Below are positions 59,414 to 64,000 of a DNA stretch of 64,000 nucleotides, piece after piece. How positions within the stretch are numbered: the first letter of the stretch is position 1; every line of letters begins with the position of its first letter. The notes below the pieces were generated by a model. That model worked only from the letters and a program-made list of their open reading frames with translations, made no database searches and was not told the origin of the DNA. Made by a program: the position numbers and the translations under genes. This DNA comes from Candidatus Uhrbacteria bacterium (lineage in GTDB: Bacteria; Patescibacteriota; Patescibacteriia; UBA9934): NCBI GenBank assembly GCA_943359325.1, contig CALRHD010000003.1, forward strand, positions 12,081-76,080, read 5' to 3'.

Positions 59414-60838
59414 ATGTTTAAAAGTTCAGAAAATATCTTCGAAGTCCGGATCGATGGGATGACCTGTCGAAGCTGCGAGATCATCATTGAAAGAAAGTTC
59501 GGCAAGCTCCCTTGGGTGAAACGTGCCGACGTTGATGCAAATCGAGGAATCGCAACACTCGTCTGCCAAGAAGGATGCTCCATTGATCTTGATGCCTTGA
59601 AAAATTCGCTCGACGCGGACAGTAAGTACTCCCTGCGAGGTGTCATCGAAAACAAGCAGACACACGGTGCCTCCGCATCCGAAGTATCAGAACGCCCACC
59701 CCTCATGCGGCTCATCGGCATCTTCGCCCTCGTTCTTCTGGCATGGTCGTTATTCAACAAAGCCGGAGTCCTCGGGGCACAGACGTCAACCGGCAGCACC
59801 GTTACGTTCGCCGCCGCGCTCGTCCTTGGACTCGTCGCCGGAACATCGTCATGTCTTGCGGTGGCCGGCGGACTCCTTTTGTCGAGCGCGGGAAAGTTCC
59901 GTGAGCGTTACGGCGATGCATCGCCGTTGCAACGCATGAAGCCCGTCGCCCTGTTTGTTGCCGGCCGCACCCTCTCTTACGGCATTCTTGGTGGACTAAT
60001 CGGGCTTCTGGGAACAGCGTTGACGTTCTCTCCCGCATTCACGGGCGCTCTGACGCTTCTTGCTGCTGTCTACATGATCGTCATGGGTCTCGAGATGCTG
60101 CACATCGCACCAAAATGGCTCAAGGGACTCATGCCGCGCATGCCAAAGTCGATCGGTCGCCGCATCGTGGACGCGGAAGGAAAGGAACACTGGAGCGCGC
60201 CAATGCTCCTTGGCGCCGCAACCTTCTTTCTGCCGTGCGGATTCACCCAGTCCTTGCAGCTTTATGCACTCACCACAGGAAGCTTCGTGGCAAGCGGCTT
60301 GATCCTCACGGGGTTCGCCATCGGAACGGCTCCCGCCCTTCTGGCGCTAGGCTGGGCTTCGAGTTCGCTCAAGGGCAAGGCTGGAAAGTTCTTCTTCCAG
60401 TTCGCCGGGGCACTGGTCATCGTGCTTGGACTCTTCAACATGCAAAACGGACTGACCATTGCCGGCTACCCACTCTCCTGGCCGACCTTTAACTTCCAGC
60501 CAAACGTGTCAGCCGCTTCTGGGTCGGCGCTAGCCGCCGCAGATCCGAACGTCCAAATTGAAAAAGGGACGCAGGTCATTCGCATGAAGATCACCGGCAT
60601 GGACCCGTACTACGAACCGAGCACGAGCTACACGGTCAAGGCGGGAGTTCCCGTTCGTTGGGAAATTGACGGCGCGGGCACCGGATGCCGTTCGATCCTG
60701 CAGGTTCCGAAGCTTGGCATCAGCCAGGACGTGAGCAACCCGTCGACCGTCATTAACTTCACGCCGGACAAGCCTGGGTCGTATGCGTTTAGCTGTTCCA
60801 TGGGGATGTTCCGCGGAACGCTGAACGTCACTTCGTAA
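59414..60838 (+). CDS. HMA + DsbD_2/TauE-like membrane domain + cupredoxin protein
   Basis: GMTCRSC, SSCLAV.GG, FFLPCGFTQ and YAFSCSMGM motifs. Confidence 0.88.
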   Translation: MFKSSENIFEVRIDGMTCRSCEIIIERKFGKLPWVKRADVDANRGIATLVCQEGCSIDLDALKNSLDADSKYSLRGVIENKQTHGASASEVSERPPLMRLIGIFALVLLAWSLFNKAGVLGAQTSTGSTVTFAAALVLGLVAGTSSCLAVAGGLLLSSAGKFRERYGDASPLQRMKPVALFVAGRTLSYGILGGLIGLLGTALTFSPAFTGALTLLAAVYMIVMGLEMLHIAPKWLKGLMPRMPKSIGRRIVDAEGKEHWSAPMLLGAATFFLPCGFTQSLQLYALTTGSFVASGLILTGFAIGTAPALLALGWASSSLKGKAGKFFFQFAGALVIVLGLFNMQNGLTIAGYPLSWPTFNFQPNVSAASGSALAAADPNVQIEKGTQVIRMKITGMDPYYEPSTSYTVKAGVPVRWEIDGAGTGCRSILQVPKLGISQDVSNPSTVINFTPDKPGSYAFSCSMGMFRGTLNVTS

Positions 60839-60920
60839 TCTCCATCAACGGAACCACGGATTCAGCTCGACTGAAAAAGGAAATCGAGGCACTCGGAGAA
60901 TATAAAGTCGAGGAAACGCT

Positions 60921-61424
60921 ATGAGAAAAAATAAACTGACGGTTCTTTGGTACGTCATTCCGGCACTGTTCATCGTCGGGCTCATTGTCTTCGCGGCCAC
61001 GCGCCCGCGTCCAGGAGAGTCAATCGTGAGCCAGGGAAACAAGCATCTCAAAACCGCAGAAGAACAGCACGATCCGTATAATACCTCGCCCCCCACTTCA
61101 GGTCCGCATATGAGTGGCAAAGCGGACTGGGGAGTCCATGAGACACAGATTCAGGACGAACTCCAAATTCACAACCTTGAGGATGGCGGGATCATCGTCC
61201 ACTATGATCCGGCCAAGGTGGACGAAGCGATCATCAAAACGTTAACAGACCTTGTCGGTACGTATAAGGAAAAAGTTATTCTTGAACCGTACGCAAGTTT
61301 AGAGACACCGATCGTGCTCACGGCATGGACGCGCATCGACAAGCTGCTGTCTCTCGACGAGCAACGGATCAAGGAATTCATCAACGCTTACAAAGGCATC
61401 GATCACCACGTCGCTGGCGGTTAA
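60921..61424 (+). CDS. DUF3105 family protein
   Basis: YNTSPPTSGPH, HNLEDGGI and LTAW motifs. Confidence 0.85.
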   Translation: MRKNKLTVLWYVIPALFIVGLIVFAATRPRPGESIVSQGNKHLKTAEEQHDPYNTSPPTSGPHMSGKADWGVHETQIQDELQIHNLEDGGIIVHYDPAKVDEAIIKTLTDLVGTYKEKVILEPYASLETPIVLTAWTRIDKLLSLDEQRIKEFINAYKGIDHHVAGG

Positions 61425-61489
61425 ATAACGACCTGCACGTATGTTTCACGAAGAAAGCAAATCACCAACCGGACTCTGGGATGCCCGCG

Positions 61490-61717
61490 TCATTCTTTCC
61501 CGCGACTATACGCGAAGAGGTGCCCAGCCATCCCAATACCAAGACCGACGATCCCCAAAGGGAAAAGACGACCTCCAACCAAAAGGAACCCGATCCCGAT
61601 CCCGGCACTAATGTGAATCATGTCCGTAAAAAAGATATGCTGACTGAAGTACGAGAACATGCGTCTGATGTGTGAGCCAATCGTGGGTAGTTTAAACAGG
61701 CGTTCATCGATGGTCAT
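61490..61717 (-). CDS. Small hypothetical membrane protein
   Basis: His-containing two-TM ORF downstream of the P-type ATPase. Confidence 0.55.
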   Translation of the reverse strand: MTIDERLFKLPTIGSHIRRMFSYFSQHIFFTDMIHISAGIGIGFLLVGGRLFPLGIVGLGIGMAGHLFAYSRGKE

Positions 61718-61741
61718 AGGAGAGAGAATAAATTATTAAAA

Positions 61742-64000
61742 CTAGAGTTTTTTTGCTTTCAATCGCAACGAATTACTGACAACCGATACGCTCGAGAAGG
61801 CCATCGCCAAACCCGCGAACACTGGAGAGAGAAGGATGCCGAAGAATGGGTAGAGCAGACCGCCCGCCACCGGAATGCCGACGACGTTATAGAAGAACGC
61901 CCAGAACAGATTTTGCTTGATGCCGCGCATGGTCAGCTTGGACAAGCGGATGGCTTTGACGAGCTTGGAGATATCGCCATGAAGAAGGGTGATCCCAGCC
62001 GTCTCGATCGCCACGTCCGTTCCTGTGCCCATGGCAACGCCGACATCGGCCTGAGCCAGTGCAGGAGCGTCGTTGACCCCATCCCCAGCCATCGCCACAA
62101 TTTCCCCTTTGCTTTGCAACTCTTTTATTTTCCTAAGCTTATCCTCCGGCAAAACTTCCGCAACGACGTCGTCGATGCCGACCTCGTTTGCAATTGCAAG
62201 CGCAGCGTTTTTATCGTCGCCGGTTAGCATGACGACTTTGATGCCGAGCTTGTGAAGATTTTTTACGGCATCAATCGCCTCGGGCTTCACGGCATCAGCA
62301 ACCATCACGACGGCAAGCACGTTGTCTTTTGTCGTAAGAATCACCGGTGTTCGTCCTTCGGACGTTTCCGCCTTCAAAGACTCCACGTCGAAGGATAATC
62401 CAAGATCAACAAGGAGCTTCACGTTGCCAGCGAAATATTCAGCCCCGCTCACGGTCCCTTTCAGTCCTTTGCCTTTAAGGATTTCAAAATTGTCGACGGC
62501 GAGCAATTCGATCTTCTTTTCTTTGGCGTAAACGCTGACCGCATGGGCAATCGGATGCTCAGACTTGCTCTCGAGTGATGCGAGAATAGCGACGATCTCG
62601 TCATCTTTTCGATCCGAGTGATTTTTAATGCTCGTGAGCTCTGGCTTGCCTTTAGTAATCGTTCCCGTCTTATCAACGACCACCGTTGTTACTTGGTGGA
62701 GCTTCTCGAGCGTCGCCGCATCCTTGATGAGAATCCCTTCCTTGGCACCTTTCCCAACTCCTACGATGATCGCCGTCGGCGTTGCTAAACCGAGAGCGCA
62801 AGGACAAGCGATCACCAGAATCCCAACAAACGAGGTCAGGCCATAAGAAAGCGCTTGCGAGAAACCGAGGGATGAAGAGCCGATGATCAACCATCCGGCG
62901 AGAGACACGAAGGCAAGGACGAGCACGACAGGGACGAATACGGCGGAAATCTTGTCCGCCAATGCTTGAATCGGTGCTTTACTGCCCTGTGCTTCCTCAA
63001 CCATCTTGATGATGCTCGCAAGCAGTGTTTCCGATCCGACTTTGGTCGCCTTGAAAGTGAAAGTACTATTGGTGTTCAGCGTACCAGCAACGACTGTGTC
63101 TCCGATGGTCTTTTCGACTGGCATCGGTTCACCGGTTACCATCGCCTCGTCGATAAAAGATGTGCCTTCAGTAATTACGCCGTCGACGGGGATTTTCGCC
63201 CCAGGTTTGACGATGATCAAATCGCCGTGCACAACCTCACCGATCGGCACCTCTTGTTCCTTCCCGTCACGAATAACCAGTGCAGTCTTGGCCTGTAGAT
63301 TCAAGAGCTTCTCAATAGCATCGCCGGTTTTTACTTTTGCTCTGGCTTCGAGATATTTCCCGAGCGTAATGAAGGCAATGACGACAATAGTCACGTCGTA
63401 ATAGGTATGCTCAACATTGATGAATGGACGCAGTGTTTCCTCAAGTGCGGTGATAATAAAACTGTAGATGTAGGCAACGAGCGTGCCGAGACCAATCAGC
63501 GTATCCATGTTGGCCTTGCCGTAGCGCAAAAAACGATAAAGACCGAGAAGGTATGGCTTGCCCACGACGAACAGGATGTACGTCGCCATGAGGGGAAGGA
63601 GGTGGTGGAAGAACTCACTCCACACGTACGGCATCTTCGTCATCCAGCCTAACTGGGCAAGAATGTCCCAGCCCATGATGAAGATGCTGATGATGGTCAT
63701 GGGGACTGCCGAGAGCACCATCTTTCGCATCGACTCAATCTCCGCCAGCTTCTCCTTTTTTGATTGGTTCATGCCGAGATGGTCGGCGTGCTCGCTCTGG
63801 CTTATGTTCATAGACTCCGCCGTTGGGACAGCGAGCGTGTAACCGAGCGGCTCGATGTGATCGGACATTTTTTGGGGGTTGGTAAGGGTATTGTCGAAGA
63901 CAATCTTGGCCGCTTCGGTGCCGTAATTCACAGACACGTCCTGCACCCCGCTGGTCTTTTTGAGCGCCCTCTCGATAATGTTGGCGCAGGAGGCGCAGTG
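61742..64000 (-). CDS. copA: Cu(I)-type heavy-metal P1B ATPase (5'-partial)
   Basis: HCASC at the window edge; [33 protein letters not shown] and MAFSS motifs. Confidence 0.92.
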   Translation of the reverse strand, partial: HCASCANIIERALKKTSGVQDVSVNYGTEAAKIVFDNTLTNPQKMSDHIEPLGYTLAVPTAESMNISQSEHADHLGMNQSKKEKLAEIESMRKMVLSAVPMTIISIFIMGWDILAQLGWMTKMPYVWSEFFHHLLPLMATYILFVVGKPYLLGLYRFLRYGKANMDTLIGLGTLVAYIYSFIITALEETLRPFINVEHTYYDVTIVVIAFITLGKYLEARAKVKTGDAIEKLLNLQAKTALVIRDGKEQEVPIGEVVHGDLIIVKPGAKIPVDGVITEGTSFIDEAMVTGEPMPVEKTIGDTVVAGTLNTNSTFTFKATKVGSETLLASIIKMVEEAQGSKAPIQALADKISAVFVPVVLVLAFVSLAGWLIIGSSSLGFSQALSYGLTSFVGILVIACPCALGLATPTAIIVGVGKGAKEGILIKDAATLEKLHQVTTVVVDKTGTITKGKPELTSIKNHSDRKDDEIVAILASLESKSEHPIAHAVSVYAKEKKIELLAVDNFEILKGKGLKGTVSGAEYFAGNVKLLVDLGLSFDVESLKAETSEGRTPVILTTKDNVLAVVMVADAVKPEAIDAVKNLHKLGIKVVMLTGDDKNAALAIANEVGIDDVVAEVLPEDKLRKIKELQSKGEIVAMAGDGVNDAPALAQADVGVAMGTGTDVAIETAGITLLHGDISKLVKAIRLSKLTMRGIKQNLFWAFFYNVVGIPVAGGLLYPFFGILLSPVFAGLAMAFSSVSVVSNSLRLKAKKL

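Overview
This is a chromosomal segment of a reduced-genome Patescibacteria (CPR) bacterium, most like Parcubacteria/Uhrbacteria. That placement is inferred from gene content and protein style; the genetic code is standard, with TGA as stop. From left to right the window holds: (1) three tandem Asp/Cys-rich 'MopE-type metal-binding repeat' surface proteins; (2) a surface-glycan locus (O-antigen-ligase-like protein, GT4/GT2 glycosyltransferases, DUF2304, UXS-like SDR) wrapped around an ECF sigma/DUF5667 pair, a 1433-aa S-layer-like protein and an S8/FG-GAP protease; (3) housekeeping genes (rpmB, trmH, tgt, membrane-anchored Clp ATPase, wecA-like, rplU, gmk, ctpA, rplI, pyrG, rpmA); (4) a REP-flanked RAYT transposase; (5) cell-wall and division genes (mraY, ftsW, murG, murD, murE, ftsB, ftsE, ftsX) and four tRNAs; (6) accessory DNA after tRNA-Gln, namely a YjzC-like/HindIII-type restriction-modification cassette bounded by structured repeats, then a copper/disulfide island. 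The most notable unexplained signals are a ~400-nt highly structured RNA-like unit with its own promoter and terminator after tgt, covarying double-hairpin att-like sites around an integrase-less RM cassette, two Cys/His leader ORFs ending in IRD(Y) followed by terminator-like hairpins upstream of copper/redox genes, and several families of doublet palindromes, one of them inserted in frame in tgt. All family assignments come from motif recognition by eye; no database searches were run.
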